NCBI GenBank assembly: GCA_951406725.2
Contig: OX597832.1
Span: 39,246,001 to 39,310,000 of the forward strand
Length of the DNA: 64,000 nt
Direction: 5' to 3'
DNA from: Octopus vulgaris
Lineage: Eukaryota
Of this stretch, positions 14,778 to 30,996 are shown piece after piece. The notes beneath the pieces are model-generated. The model saw nothing but the letters and a program-made list of their open reading frames with translations. It was not told the DNA's origin and did no database searches. Each line of letters begins with the position of its first letter. The first letter of the stretch is position 1. The position numbers and the translations under genes were made by a program.

Positions 14778-14940
14778 CATCACTATTATTATGACCAATA
14801 TCATCATCATTATTATCATTACTGTTATGCAAATTCTGCCGAGGTCGACTTTGCTTTTCACCCTTTAGGAGTCGATAAAATAAGTACCAGTTACGCACTG
14901 GAGTCGATGTAATCGACTTTCCCTCTCCCCCACAAACTTA

Positions 14941-15002
<62 letters not shown>

Positions 15003-15031
15003 ATTGTTATTGTTCTTGTTGTTGTTATTAA

Positions 15032-15068
<37 letters not shown>

Positions 15069-15089
15069 GTACAGTGTTAAGGCTCTAAT

Positions 15090-15420
15090 TAAGTGGCACT
15101 TCGTCGCTTACGACGACGAGAGTCCAAGTTTTTCCGATTAACGGAACAGCCTCCTCCTCCTGAAATTCAAGTTCATGTGGCTGCGTACTCCATAGACGCG
15201 CGTACCCTTAGCGTAGTTCTCAGGGAGATTCAGGGCGACACAGAATATAACGAGGTTGGCCCTTTGAAATACAGGTACTACTTAGTTTTGCCAGATGGGT
15301 GGACTTGAGCAACGTGAAATAAAGCATCTTGCTCAAGGACACAGCGCACTGCCTGGAATCAAACTCACTGTCTTATGATCGTGAGCCGAATACTCTAACC
15401 ACTAAGCCACGCTCCTTCAC
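15090..15420 (-). mobile_element. SINE family C
   Basis: Minus strand gtgaaggagcgtggcttagtggttagag...tgtccttgagcaagatgctttatttcacg. Confidence 0.75.
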
Positions 15421-15558
15421 TAGGTACTTGTTAAGGTACTAGCCTAGATGCCTTGCGGTATTTAGTTCTGACTATTTATGTTCTCAATATGGATCCCACC
15501 AAATTCAGTCAAAACTTTTCTTTTATCCATCCGAGGACAATAACAGAAAACACCATTT

Positions 15559-15661
<103 letters not shown>

Positions 15662-16438
15662 GTTTCAGCTCAGAGCTGCGGCCATGCTGATGCACCGCCG
15701 TTGGAAAAGACGACCTCAGCGGAATTTGAACTCGGACGAAACGCAGGGTATTTCGCTCGGAAAGCTAACCTTTCCGCCAGTTCGCCGTCCTAAGAATTGA
15801 TCATTTCTTCTTAAGAATTGATATAAGTAACTGTTCCGTTCTTCAAAATGTGTGTAGAAATAAATGTTAAATTGAAATACTTGTGTTGGGTGAAGCGAGA
15901 TTAAAGTTTTGGTCCGGGGGGAAGTACGATCGATTCAGCTGATTCTCTTCTTGGGAAATTGGCGGAGAAGACTACAGGGAGTGATCTGAAGAAAGTTGGC
16001 GTTCTACGGAAGAAGAATTGTGCGCAGGTGTCAATACCGCTCTGGGACAGGATTACGCACATAAGTGTTCAATATGTAGAGAGAAAAGAAATTCTAAATG
16101 TTTCCTAAAATTATATTTTCTGTCTTCGAGAGTTAAAGGAAAGCGACTCGCATTTCACTTTATATGGTATTTTATTTATTATATTTATTCAATGTTCAAG
16201 TAAAGAAGTTTTTCACACACTTAACTGTTTCTTATCGTACAGAGTTTAAATGTGTAGAGCACTCCAGTTTGGATGGGGTTGGTTTTGCTTTGAAGTTTAC
16301 TTTCCATGAGATATTTCATCTCCAAAGGAGGAAGACAGTTATATGAGGCAACTACAGAGATTAATCTCAGCTTAAAAAGTTAGGAGGAAAGCTGTAAATC
16401 CTAAGCTTATTTCCAGTATATGTGCAAATACATATATA

Positions 16439-16471
<33 letters not shown>

Positions 16472-18499
16472 GTATGTGTATATATATATACATATATATA
16501 CATACATAGTAAATATATACACACATATACGTATATATATTTAAATATATACATATATATATACATACATACATACATACATACATACATACATACATAC
16601 ATACATACATACATACATACATACATACATACATACATACATACAGAGAGAGAGAAAGAAATTAATTGCAGAGATTTAGAATTACAGCTCTTCTTTCTGT
16701 GGAATGCAATGAAAAGAAAATGTGAAGATATACGATTGGTCATTAATTTCTTTTTCTTTTTTTTTTCCTTTCCTTAGAACATTAAGAAGACGTCCTCTCA
16801 CCTCATTGAGAAGTAACTTCCTTAAAACTAAAGGTGCCATACATTTTAAACATCCACCCCAACCCCCAACCCCAACCCACACTTCCCCCATTTCCAGTTG
16901 CATTGATTGAAACTTTGTCAGCTTTAAGTAACTCTCCACTAAAACCGATCTACTGTGAAGTCGAAAAGACACAAATTCTTAATAGCATCGGCAATAAATG
17001 TTCCCCACATAAAACTCCGACGTAGTTTCTATTTTAAAGTCCATTTTCATAATTAAAGAAAAGCCATAAAGAATGCAGTCACAAAATCTGTTTTACTGCC
17101 ATGAACACTTGTACAGTTCAGCGTTATAATAAAAGTCGTCTGACATCGACATTTATCATAAATACATTCTCACAAATGATCGCATTATACATCGAGCTAG
17201 TCGGAATTTACTTTTAGTTATTAGCATAAAATGAAAAAAAAAACCGCGTTCATTTTTCTTAACAAACTTTCTTACGTAGCAAAGCTGACTGACAACAGCT
17301 TGATTGGAAATGAATTGTATATTTAGTCTTAGGTTTCGGTAAATGGTAGGAGAGATGTTGAGTCTCTTCGAGAAATATGTATTTAATTTGGAATTGGTTG
17401 AAGGGCAGTCGGCACCCGCAACAAACAGATTATGAAAACCCCAGTGTATACTTTTATTCTACATCTCGGTGATAACAATCGATAGACACAAACGGTGTAC
17501 GTGTGCGTGCGTGCGTGTATGTAGAGTGTGTGCGTGTATATAGAGTGTGTATGTGGTGTGTGTAGATAACGTGCACGTGCGTATCGTATCTAATGTAGTG
17601 CCTGTGATAGAGAGTAGTGCCAAGTAGAGAGAGAGAGTGAGAGAGATGTACGTCAGGTAGGCGTAAGTATTATTCCATATGAAATTGCATAACATAGAAC
17701 ACACCGCTTTTGCATATGAAATGGCTGCATACCAATGAAGAATTCTTAACAAACAATATGCCTTGTAACATAGAGTTGTTAAATTTCTCTGTCATATACA
17801 CTTGATGCCGCCGGAGGAAAGAGAAGAAGAAGAAGAAGAAGAAGAAGAAGAAGAAGAAGAAGAAGAAGAAGAAGAAGAAGAAGAAGAAGAAGAAGAAGAA
17901 GAAGAAAGAGTGAGAGAAAGTTGTGGTGAAAGAGTACAGCGGGTTTCACTTCACCCCCCACCCATCCGCCGGAGCCTCGTGGAGCTTAGGTGTTTTTGCT
18001 CAATAAACACTCACAATGTCCAGTCTGGGAATCGAAACCGCTTTCTTACAACCGCGCGTCCGCTGCCCTAACCACTGGGCCATTGCGCCTCCACTTATTG
18101 TTGTGGTTGTCTTCATCGCCATTGTTTTTGCAGTTTTCTTTCATGTTTTCCTTTTTTGATTTTTGTTGTCGATCGTAAAGGTGGTGGATAATCGTTCCTT
18201 TTTTTTCGCTTATCATCGTCTCATTGTTATAGTCGTTGATGTTGTTTAGTTCAGCTCAAATCTCATAGAATAGGACTAAGATCAAAGATTTTCTAGCAGT
18301 ATCCATCTCATTTTTCCCCTCCATACTGTTTCTAGGACTACATTATTCTACATATCCATCCATCTTTTTAATACGGTTTCAAGAAAATTTTACAGTTTAT
18401 TGTTAACAGGTCTAGCGAATGGAAGCGACTCCGCCGTCGTCTTGTATTCGGCATTCTGTGCGTGTTATTTAAGAAATCCACGGCTAAATAATTATATAT

Positions 18500-18830
18500 G
18501 TCTAAGAATAATAATGATCCCTTACTAATGTTTGGCTTTGGCTATATCTTCGCATTCTCAAAAGTAGAATTCTTATCTCCAAGCTGTGCTGAAATGTCGT
18601 GTTGACTGATAATGGTGAATGCTTCAGAAACTTATATTGGAAACTACAGAAAATTGCCAAAGCCGTGCCAATCCATGCTTTAATTTCATTGAGATATCTT
18701 GTCACCTGGAATGGAGATTATATCGATGTACGAGTATTTGGAGGAGAAGAAATATCTTCTCTTCATGCCATTGGCATTTCCAACTGCAATACGATATGAG
18801 TAGCATGACAACGTTACTTCATTTCGAGGT
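18500..18830 (+). pseudogene. Possible decayed LINE apurinic endonuclease fragment
   Basis: ORF 18599-18799 FRNLYWKLQKIAKAVPIHALISL...HAIGISNCN loosely resembles the RTE-type FY..LQ....IP....I.LGD...HGIG.CN segment; catalytic GDFN not intact. Confidence 0.25.
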
Positions 18831-19487
18831 TAATAAAGAAATATTGAATGGCATTAGAGGTGAGACACTTAGCATTAAGTAGCATATCCTTGAAATACGG
18901 AAATATTGAAAGAAAAAAAACACATCTTGAAGCTCTACGTTACGCCGCAATACAATGCGACATAATATATCGTATTACATTGACCTACAGCGTACAACGC
19001 TATGCTGTACTCTACCGCACTTTTATTGTATACACAGGATATTGTACGACACTATAACTTTAGTACACTTGATGTAAAAACTGAATAGACTTTGGATCTT
19101 TCTATAGAGAAGATTGATTGATCTAATCAGATATGAGTTGAAATAAAGTTTAAAACTTTTTTATCTCCATGATAATAGTATTATGTAATACTATATCAAG
19201 CGGTACACTACCAGACAATATATTTTAACTCTACACAATATGGCATCTATAAATATGATACTCCACAACACTAAATTTACATATACTCCACAAAGCTATA
19301 TTTTCTACACTATATATCTGTGCATTGCACAACACAACTCTACAACTGCGCCCTATTTTATAGAACTGTATTTCACACAGAGCAAAAGTATACTTTCACA
19401 CTACACAATACTACATTTTTTGCGCTACACTACACAACATATGTACACTACGCTACACACTCCTACATTTCTACCCTATGCTTCGCA

Positions 19488-19890
19488 AGGCGGCGAGTTG
19501 GCAGAAACGTTAGCACACCGGGCGAAATGCTTAGCGATATTTCGCCCACCGCTGCGTTCTGAGTTCAAATTCCGCCGAGGTTGACTTTGCCTTTCATCCT
19601 TTCGGGGTCGATAAATTAAGTACCAGTAACGCACAGAGGTCGATGTAATCGACTTAGTCCGTTTGTCTGTCCTTGTTTGTCCTCTCTGTGTTTAGCCCTT
19701 TGTGGGTAGTAAAGAAATAGGTATTTCGTCTGAGTTCAAATTCCGCCGAGGTCGACTTTGCCTTTCATCCTTTCGGGGTCTATAAATTAAGTACCAGTAA
19801 CGCACTGGTGTCGATGTAATCGACTTATTCCGTTTGTCTGTCCTTGTTTGTCCCCTCTGTGTTTAGCCCCTTGTGGGCAATAAAGGAAAA
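19488..19890 (+). mobile_element. SINE family B with tandem partial duplication
   Basis: Full unit 19488-19720 followed directly by a second 5'-truncated unit 19721-19890. Confidence 0.85.
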
Positions 19891-20384
19891 AGAAACGTTA
19901 CACTATGCTTCGCGACAATACTCAGTATTACAATATTACATTGTGCTGTACTACAAACAAGAACAACATGAAACTGGCCCTCCGTCGATTACGATGACGA
20001 CGAGGGTTCCAGCTGATGCGATCAATGCAAGAGCCCCTTTTATATAGCGGCTCAGCAAAAGATTCTGATAGATTAAGTACAAGGCATAGAAAGTACGTAC
20101 GCAATTGGATTTGTCCGACTAAACTCCTCAAGGCAGTGCCTTAGCATAGCCACAGTCCAAAGACCGAAACTATTAAAATATAAACGATAAAAGAAATGCA
20201 TAATTCTTTAAAAGACAGTGTGGCACAGAGAGTGTGACAAGCTGGACCCTTTGAAATACGGATAAAACCCATTTATGCCTGCTGAGTAAACCGGGAAAAC
20301 GTGAAATGAAGGTCTTGTTCAAGGACAACTCACCTCTTCATAAAAGTACACTAATTAGAAGTAGTAGCAGCAGCAGCAGCAGTG

Positions 20385-20447
<63 letters not shown>

Positions 20448-21247
20448 TGCCGCTGCTGCCGTTAATACGGCTGCTGGTTATAGTAGCAATCGCAGTAGTA
20501 GTTTTTTATTTAGTTCCATGTGAGCCTTAATCCATCGGGCTTACGATGAAACGCGTTCCAGCCACGACTATCCCATATTTTATTCAGACATAGTGTCCAT
20601 TACCCAAACGCCATGTACTTTTAATATAGTAGTGTGAAATTCGGGAAGACTTGGCTTCTGCTCCTTGCAGGTCGAGCGATTACTTAGAGAGCTATCTTTG
20701 GTTCGTTAACGATCGCCTTCACCATTCTGCCGACCTGATACAGAATCTTGTAATAAAGATTCTTAACATTGGCACGAGATTATTAACGTTGGCACCGAAA
20801 TTCTAAACTTTGGCACGAGATCAATAATTGTTAGTTAATTCAATCGAAACATACATAATGCAGCGAATAAAAAAAGTAATTTCTATTCTTCAAGACTCCC
20901 TCTGGTGACGAGAAGAAAACATTGAGCTTTAATACCTAATACAGATCAAGGGTGGTAGGGAGCGACAACTCTGAAATTTCAGTTATTGGAATTAGAATTA
21001 CGTATGCGGTGAGGGAAAGGAAACATTGACTGATAAAAAAAAAATGTTAGTTGAATAGTAGGAGGTCTAAATCGGGTATGTATGACGTGAAGCGGAAACG
21101 GCTTTAAATATATTGGGTAAGACTTGGGAACAAACGTAGTTTTTGGGGAGCTCACTTGCTGAACCACGAAATCGACAGCACGTGGAACGGTAAGAAACAG
21201 AAAAGCAGCTAAAATGATATACACCGATGAACTGTAGTAAAGGGGTG

Positions 21248-21815
21248 TGAAGGAGTGTGGCTTAGTGGTTAAGGTGTTCGGTTCACAAACATAAGGTCGT
21301 GAGTTCGATACTCGAGAGGCGTTGTGTCCTTCAGCAAGACACTTTATATCACGTTGCTGCTATCCACTCAGCTGACAAAAATGATCAGTACTTTTATTTC
21401 AAATGCCAGCCTGGTCACATTCTGTGTCACGCTGAATGCCCCTGAGAACTACGTTAAGGGTACACGTGTCTTAAGGTGGTGAGTTGGCAGAAGTGTTAGC
21501 ACGGCAGGCGATATGCTTAGCGGTATTTCGTCTGCCGTTACGTTCTGAGTTCAAATTCCACCGAGGTTGACTTTGCCTTTCATCCTTTCGGGGTCGATAA
21601 ATTGAGTACCAGTTACGCACTGGGGTCGATGTAATCAACTTGATCCGTGTGTCTGTCCTTGTTTGTCCCCTCTGTGTGTAGCCCCTTGTGGGTAGTAAAG
21701 AAATAGGTACACAATTCTGCGTAGTACTCAGCCACATGCAAGTTGATTTCCAGAGTAGGCTGTTCCGTTGATCAGGTCAACTGAAACCCTTGCTGTCGTA
21801 ACCGATGGACTGCAA
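21248..21815 (+). mobile_element. SINE family C containing a nested SINE family B (21474-21706)
   Basis: C head 21248-21470, B unit, then C tail resumes ~21715 (tactcagccacatgca...ccgttgatcagg). Confidence 0.75.
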
Positions 21816-21894
21816 GTTAAACGGGTAAAACCAGAAGTATTTTATAGAATTATGAATATCTTTAAACTCTTATCTTTTGTCTTTGATTTGATTC

Positions 21895-23115
<1,221 letters not shown>

Positions 23116-23960
23116 GTCATGACTGCACCTGAATAACTGTCCCTAGAGAGAGAACTGTAACAAAATGGAACACATTAAGCAAATTATCAGAACAACAACA
23201 ACATGCTCGAATATTTGCAATGGAAAAGCACAGCAAAACACAACAGCAAAGAGACTGACACAACATAACGGCAATCCTAAATGGAGTAATATATGAGAGA
23301 GAGAAAAATATAATCAGAAAGAACACAAGAAAAAAAATATATATATAATACAAAAGCACACTGCAGCAGCAACAACAACAACGGGAACGAGAGTAGCAAC
23401 TGCAACGGTGGCAACAACAAGAACAACAACGACAAGAGAAAGAAAACGGTAAGAAACTTCAAGAAGTCCTAACAGCATTAAAGTCCATCCCAACCACAAC
23501 AACAACAAAAACACTGGATGAAAAAAAAAAAAACTAATATGGTAACAATAACAAAAGTAATAACAAAGGACAAAAACCAGCAAGAGCAACATGTAAAAAA
23601 AAAAAGTAAATAACAACAGCATCAACAACAACAAGGTAGTGTAAAAGAAAATAACAACAAAAACACAAAATCGATAAAATGCAGCAAAGCTATTATCGAT
23701 CTTTGAAAATTCTGTCGAACAAGTTTGAAATTATTGAAATGTATTTTTTGACATAATTCTTGTGTTGAGATTTGTTCATTAGGTACAAGGTCATAGATTT
23801 CTACGGAAGGAGTGACAGGAGGATGTGTGATGTTAATGCCTTTCCCAACCTCACTCACAACGTAATGGAAGCAAGTGAAATATATATGTGTGTGTGTGGT
23901 GGGGATATTTCTATGTACCTGTATGAAATACAGAGATTCATGTGTTATTATTCAGTTATA

Positions 23961-24365
23961 GGCGTAGGAGTGGCTGTGTGGTAAGTAGCTTGCTTATGAA
24001 CCACATGGTTCCGAGTTCAGTCCCACTGCATGGCACCTTGGACAAGTGTCTTCTACTACAACCTCGGGCCGACCAAAGCCTTGTGAGGGGATTTGGTAGA
24101 CGGAAACTGAAAGAAAACCGTCGTTTATATGTGTATATATATATGTATGTATGTGTGTGTATGTTTGTGTGTCTGTGTTTGTCCCCCCAACATCGCTTGA
24201 CAACCGATGGTGGTGTGTTTATGTCCCCATAACTTAGCGGTTCAGCAAAGGGACCGATAGAATAAGTTCTAGGCGTACAACGAATAAGTCCTGCGGTCAA
24301 TTTGCTCGACTATAGGCGGTGCTCCAGCATGGCCACAGTCAAATGACTGAAACAGAGTAAAAGAG
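23961..24365 (+). mobile_element. SINE family A, full length
   Basis: ggcgtaggagtggctgtgtgg (A-box-like), gagttcagtcc (B-box-like), internal microsatellite, agagtaaa tail. Confidence 0.88.
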
Positions 24366-24742
24366 TATAAGAGCTTTATTTACTTCGAGATTCACCGTTC
24401 CTAAAATGAATTATTGCACTTTCTCAAGTTTCTAAGCTCTTATGACGCAAACGACACGCAATTCTTCTTCATGAATATGAGGCTTCTAAAATGGAAAATA
24501 AAATTTGTAGCATTGCTTTGGTCCAATGGTGGAACACCTGTCAGGTTTATTGGATATGTGGGCTGAAGTTGTATGGGCTGACACCGATATTTTTCTATTC
24601 CCGAGGATAGCATTCCCCCAAAAAACAAAAGCTTGAAAGAAAAAGTCGACCTCGGCAGAATTTGAACTCAACGTAAAGACGGTAACAGGTGGGCTTTCGC
24701 ACGGTTTCAGCTAAATTTCTTTCACAAAGCTTTGGCCAACCT

Positions 24743-24888
24743 GCGTTCTGAGTTCAAATTCCTCCGAGGTCGACTTTGTCTTTCATCCTTTCGGAGTCCA
24801 TAATTTAAGTACCAGTTTCGTACTGGAGTCGATCTAATCGACTGGCCCTCTCCCCTAAAAATTTCGGGCCTTGTACCTAGTGTAGAAA
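24743..24888 (+). mobile_element. SINE family B, truncated
   Basis: gttctgagttcaaattcctccgaggtcgactttgtctttcatcctttcgg. Confidence 0.75.
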
Positions 24889-25553
24889 AGCTTTGGTCAC
24901 GCAATAGCTAAGATGGACGTCAGCTAACTGAAGTGGTGCGTAACAAGATCTAACCTGAAACTGTATATTTGTGAAGATGCTGGGTACTCCGTCGGCTACG
25001 AAGATGAATGTTCCAGTTGATTTGATCAACAAAACAGCCTGCTCATGACATTAGACACGCGTACCCTTAATGTAGCTGTCAGCGGGAGAGTCAGCACAAC
25101 ACACCGAATTCGATAAGGCTGGCCCATTGAAGTACAATTCATTTTTGCCAACTGAGAATTACTTAACGACACAGTGATGACAAAACCCAGATAGATGGAA
25201 ACAGTAAATTAGACTCCACTGTTCTTCCATACCTTTTACGTATTAAAAGGGGGGAATATTGATTTTGAAGAATTTCTAGCTACAAAATCAGTATTCATTG
25301 GTTGATTGACTATAAACATTTACAGGCATATTTCGATGAATTCTTTTTCATAAAACATTCAATGTTTTATTTTACTGTATTTATTTATATTTCCTTATTC
25401 AACGACCTTTTAACATCTAACGAGTTTCAGAAAATCGTTAGCAATCGATTTAAATGGAAGCAGGCATTAGTTGAATGGTCTTTCTCAACAAAGTAATTAA
25501 AGAAATGTGTCCAAGTGGACGCGATTATTTAGAGCATCCTCTAAAATAGATTA

Positions 25554-25601
<48 letters not shown>

Positions 25602-28281
25602 CTGAAGGCACTTTATAATATATAGTGTTGAAGTAGAAAAAAACAAAACCAAAGTTCTTGAAATAAAAGAGTTCTTGGAAAATAATTTGTAAGAAGTTTA
25701 ATGAAATACATTTAAACTTAATGAAAAGGCGAGAGATCTGAATGGTATGTTAGAATATTTAAACAGATTACTTAACTAAATAATCTTGTCAGTGACAGAA
25801 GTTAAATTGTAATTCGGAAAGCGTACTTCCTCACCATTTACGAAATGGTGATAAGAAGGAGTAGAAAAGTTGAAATGGTTACAATTTTCCCACGAGTTTC
25901 TTGTCCAAGAATCGTGGGTTATAAACAATTAGAAATTCAATACTTTCTTCCAAAGCTGCGAGTTGGCAGAATAATAAGCACGTCTTTACATTCTGATATC
26001 AAATTCCGCCGGGGTTGACCATACCCTTCATCATTTCAGTATCGATAAAATATGTACCAGCTGAGTACTGGGGGTGATTTAATCGCCTTCTCTTTCCCCC
26101 CTCAAACTACTGTCCTTGTACCAAATTTTGAAACCAATTCATAATTCCTTCTACATTTTGACCAGTAGTTAGACCACATCGTTGCAAATGTAATGTAGCT
26201 CACTTCTGTAGGTTTCTAGATATCAATAGCATTGTATGTGCATTTTGTTTAATAAACATTTTCTGTAGCTACGGCAGAAAACGAAAAGCATCTTTCGTCG
26301 ATCTGACTTGTCTAAGGACCACATCACACGAAGATAAGATATTTAATAAGTTTTATATAATTAATTTTAAAATGATATTTTTTAAATCGGTTTCATTACT
26401 TCAATAGGCCTGATATCTTTAATACACTGGAATGGGTTAAGGATCTCACTGTAAAGATTTTAAAATAAAAACTGCTATTTGCTGGCACTCATAAAATATC
26501 CCTACTATTGGCACTTACAAATTTCAGAAAACAATAAATCATTTATTAACAATTTCGCATATTCTTCCAATGACAGTATATTCGAATTCGCTTGTTCAGA
26601 ATTCTGGTATAATGATTATTAATGTTTATCTCTGGAGCTGTCATCTTTTAATTGTAGCTTGGCCTCAAATGAAAAAAAAAATAGGTTTCCCTTTGTTTGA
26701 AGCTTTCTTTTCTCTTCCTTTGACAGAACATAATGAAAATATTGCAGATCTGAGATGGGAACTGTCTCTTTTACCCTTTCATTCACACTATGTTGAGATG
26801 CACTCTAGAAAATACAATTAGTGAACTACACAATAAGCAACAACTAACAGTCTCAGATTCCACCTCTTGAATGATAACCGATTTCAGAAGTTGTTTACAC
26901 ACTTCAGATGGCAATACTGAAGAGTACAGAAAAAAATATACGTTTTATTATTTTACTTGTCTCAGTCATTAGACTGCAGCCATGGTGGGGGTGCCACCTT
27001 GAAGAATTTTTAGGCAACTAAATTGGTCCCAGTACTTATATGTCATAAGCCGGGTTAAGTACACGTATAGATTAACAGACAAAGCTCTGAGCAGAGTCTT
27101 TTACCCAATTTCTCTCAAGACACTTTGAACGACCGACTCAAGACCATGATAGTAATTATCCATCCGATATATCATGTGCCAGTGTGGTGCTCCAGTGTGA
27201 CGCTGTAGAATTGAACCGAGGAGCTCTGATACGTGGCTCTATCCCGCTGGTCGACTGATTTGTCTAGTTGCAAGTCTCCAGAGCAGTAGAACAACACAAC
27301 AAAGGAATATCTATATACTCGCTGGATATGCTAGAAATAGCAAACAGATCTCTCTTAAATCGCACACTACTGTAATATAAATGGAAGAACTCATTGGCTA
27401 ATGCAGTCCTTGATACAATACATGATTGTGGGCGCAAGACTATGGGTTCGATTCCCAGACCGGCGGGTTTACTTTGCAATGGACTAACACCCCCTCCATA
27501 GGGTGGGTGGGAAGCTTTTACTTGCTTCACACCTCAAAATATAATTGAAGTTCCGGTCCAAAGAGTCTATAGGATTGAGGTGGACTTTAACACAATTTGC
27601 GTACAATATATCCACAGGAAGGACAGCAAGGTCATAGATGGAACACATTTCCTTTCGTAGGGTCTGCTCAATCAGTGTTGAGCCTTGGGGGTAAGTGGTA
27701 ACAAAAAACGCCACAAACAGACACGAGCTAAACCTGGGAGAATATATGTCACAACACCTGTTTAATAAGACGAAAATCAATTTTTATGGAGCTTCGGTTA
27801 AACGTACAAGTCCGACTTGAGTGGAATATTTCCGAATTACCAACTAAATTTTTCCATTTTCCCATTTCTGCGTTTGAAGTTCATTCAAATGAAATTTATT
27901 CAGAAAACGGAATTTTACAAAGTTATTATTATTATTAATATTATTTATTATTATTATTATTATTATTTATTATTATTATTATTATTATTGCTGTTGTTGT
28001 TGTTGTATTCATTTATTTATTTATTTATTTATTTATTTATCATTATATTGTATTTTTCTGATCAACAGATTTTCAACACAGCTTGACTTTATTTCAATCT
28101 AATTAAATTTAATTATTCGACTAATTAATCTCTACTTGACAAATATGGACGGTTCATATCTTATTTACGTGTTTACATGATTGTTAAGGCGACTACATTT
28201 TCTCTGTTTCGCTTTTTATCTTTGCTGTAATTTAATAGACGGTAATTTAATAGACTTGATGATAACGACACAACGCCAACA

Positions 28282-28314
28282 ATGATGATGATGTTGATGA
28301 GGATGATGAGGATG

Positions 28315-28346
<32 letters not shown>

Positions 28347-28360
28347 GAGGATGATGATGG

Positions 28361-28392
<32 letters not shown>

Positions 28393-28500
28393 GTGGTGAT
28401 GATGATGATGGTGGTGATGATGATGATGATGATGAGGATGATGATGGTGATGATGATGATGATGGTGGTGATGATGATGATGATGATGATGATGGAGGAT
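28282..28500. repeat. (ATG)n microsatellite, representative of dozens of (TA)n, (GATA)n, (ATT)n, (AAG)n, (CAT)n, (TG)n tracts
   Basis: Direct reading; other examples 895-1035, 12265-12430, 17822-17907, 35488-35938, 44965-45141, 52087-52430. Confidence 0.95.
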
Positions 28501-28682
28501 GGCGATGACCACGGCGGTAGTGGTAGTGAAGGCGGTGATGATGGTGATCACAATATTGTTGTTGTTCATGTGGAAGGCAGTGGTGGCAGCGATGGCGGAG
28601 GCAAAGGCGAAAGAAACGGCGGCGGCGGTGGTGATGGTGATGGTGATGGTAGTGGTGTAGTGATAGTAATAATAAAGGTTTC

Positions 28683-28890
28683 AAATGCTGGCATATGACC
28701 AGCAATTATGGGGTGGGGCGGGGTGAGGGTAATCGATTACATCGACCCCCCCACTATTCAACTGGTACTTATTTTATCGACCCCGAAAAGATGAAAGACA
28801 GAGTCGACCCCAGCGTAATTTGAACTCAGAACGTAAAGACCAACGAAATGCCGCTAAGCATTTTGCCCGGCCTGCTAACGATTCTGCCAG
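28683..28890 (-). mobile_element. SINE family B
   Basis: Reverse complement of family B consensus. Confidence 0.75.
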
Positions 28891-28947
28891 ATCCCTCATA
28901 CACAAACAACTAAGCACATATGTGCAAATCAATGCGTAAAATTGTCA

Positions 28948-29513
28948 TTGGGTTGTCCGGAAAGTTCGTGCCGATTTTTAGAGGAAAGAAAAAGGTCAAT
29001 AAATACTTGCCATTACATTTCTAATCAACCAAATATGAACCATTTTGTTGCACAATGCATCTCCATCTTTCCTTTAACTCGAAAATACCCTCTTCCCAGA
29101 ATTGAGGTGGTTTCATGGCAAAGAATTCATCAAAGTATCTTTTTATGTCATCCAAGGAATTGAAATTTTTACCATTAAGACTATTCTACAGAGACCTGAA
29201 TAAGTGGAAACCCGAAGGAGCAATATCTAGTGAATATGGATTGTGAAGTAACACATCCCAGCCGATCTGCAGCAATCTTTGTCTGGTTCCCAAAGCAACA
29301 AGTGCTGAAAATGAACTTTCTTATCTTCCATTTTAAAGGGTTACAGAATTAACACAGGTTATAGGAACATAAACCTACTTCCACGAAAAGATAGCTTAAA
29401 CTGTGCTCTAAATGGAGATGTAGTCAAATCCTATTTTATGGACTCAACCATGTTCTAAAATAAGTCGAAAAGTAAGCTACTATAAATCGGCACGAACTTT
29501 CCGGACAGCCCAA
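28948..29513 (-). mobile_element. Internally deleted mariner transposon
   Basis: TIRs ttgggttgtccggaaagttcgtgccgattt / aaatcggcacgaactttccggacagcccaa. Minus strand 29300-29020 translates to LLQIGWDVLLHNPYSLDIAPSGFHLFRSL*NSLNGKNF...FWEEGIFELKERW, matching the mariner HPPYSPDLAPSDFHLF C-terminus. Confidence 0.88.
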
Positions 29514-29649
29514 CATATAGTTGTACTTTGAAATGTCATTATCCTGTATGGTCACTACCCTCTCAGAAATGGTCTTGTGAAACTCAGAGTAACAGCTGTA
29601 AAATCATTTTTCGTTTTAATACAAAAGTACATATCTTTTATCTAATATT

Positions 29650-30022
29650 TTGTTTCAGTGATTTGACTGAGGCCAGGCTTGGGCCCCGACTTGAAGGGTT
29701 TTATTCGAACGACTCGAACCTAGGATTTATGTTTTTTAAGCTTCATATTTATTCTATCAGTCTCTTTTTCCCTGGTTGTCAAGCGGTGATGGGGGACAAG
29801 CATAGACATATAGACGAAGACACACACACACACACACACAATTACACACTCACACGCACAATCACATACATTTACAACGAGCTTCTTTGAGCTCTCTCGT
29901 ACCAAATCCGCTCACAAGACTTTGGTTGGCCGGAAGCTATAGTAGAAAAGGTGGCACGCAGAGGGACTGAATCCAGAACTATGTGATTGGGAAACAAGCT
30001 TCTTAACACACAGCCATTCCTA
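29650..30022 (-). mobile_element. SINE family A, diverged
   Basis: Reverse-complement homology to family A. Confidence 0.7.
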
Positions 30023-30024
30023 CA

Positions 30025-30108
<84 letters not shown>

Positions 30109-30460
30109 CGGTGCTGAATCAGATTCGCTACGCTATAATTAATGAGAATTGCTTTTCAATGAATTTCTCAAGAAACATTCCCATAAATCACACATTAGTT
30201 GTGGATATGACACAATGACAATGGAATAGAAGAATACGGATAAGAATCATCTTCTGAAGCACGATAGTACTTGCAGGACACATGAGATTGTAGCATACAC
30301 TTATACATAAATAGACATATATGTACTCATACATACACATATATACATAGAGATTACGTATGTATAAGTATGCACGCACAAACACACTAATACAGACACA
30401 CACATATATACACATATGTACATATACATATCTATACCTAAATATATATATATGTGTACA

Positions 30461-30640
30461 TCTTTATATATAAATGGTAATTTCTGTCTGTCTGTCTTCC
30501 TGTCCGTCTGTTTGTTACCCTCGTGCTGCCTAAACCAGCGAAACAATCTTCGGCAAAATTTGTATACATGATGAACTAACATCCAGTGCAATTATAAGTT
30601 AATTGGATTTCAATAAAAATCGATGAAGGCCCTACAAAGG
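30461..30640 (+). mobile_element. Helitron-like non-autonomous 5' fragment
   Basis: TC start tctttatatataaatggtaatttc(tgtc)n...cggcaaaatttgtatac; 3' end not located. Confidence 0.45.
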
Positions 30641-30996
30641 GGTTGGGATTATTACATGATAAAATGCGAGTGGTGCGAAAATGTTAGGTTTAGGGAAATA
30701 TGGCACAATGAGGGTGGATGATATCAGGGAAGGGGTGGGGGACAAGGAATGCGAGAGACAGAAATGGACAGAACAGGAGGGAGGCAATTTTGATAGTTTG
30801 TTCTTTCATTTCTTCCTATCACTTAACGCATGCGCTTTAGTGAATTACCTATCGTATGCTCAGTCAAAACGTTTACAATACGTCCAACAACAGATGTTAG
30901 ATAAGTGAATGGTAAAGTGTTTTTATATTTGTTTTTAAATCACCGTATTAAGATTTATTAAAACTTTACCATCGCACTCAAACAGTACACTATTCT

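Noticed and set aside
23961-24035. tRNA-like heads
   Set aside because: They are SINE heads continuing into SINE bodies; no complete cloverleaf.
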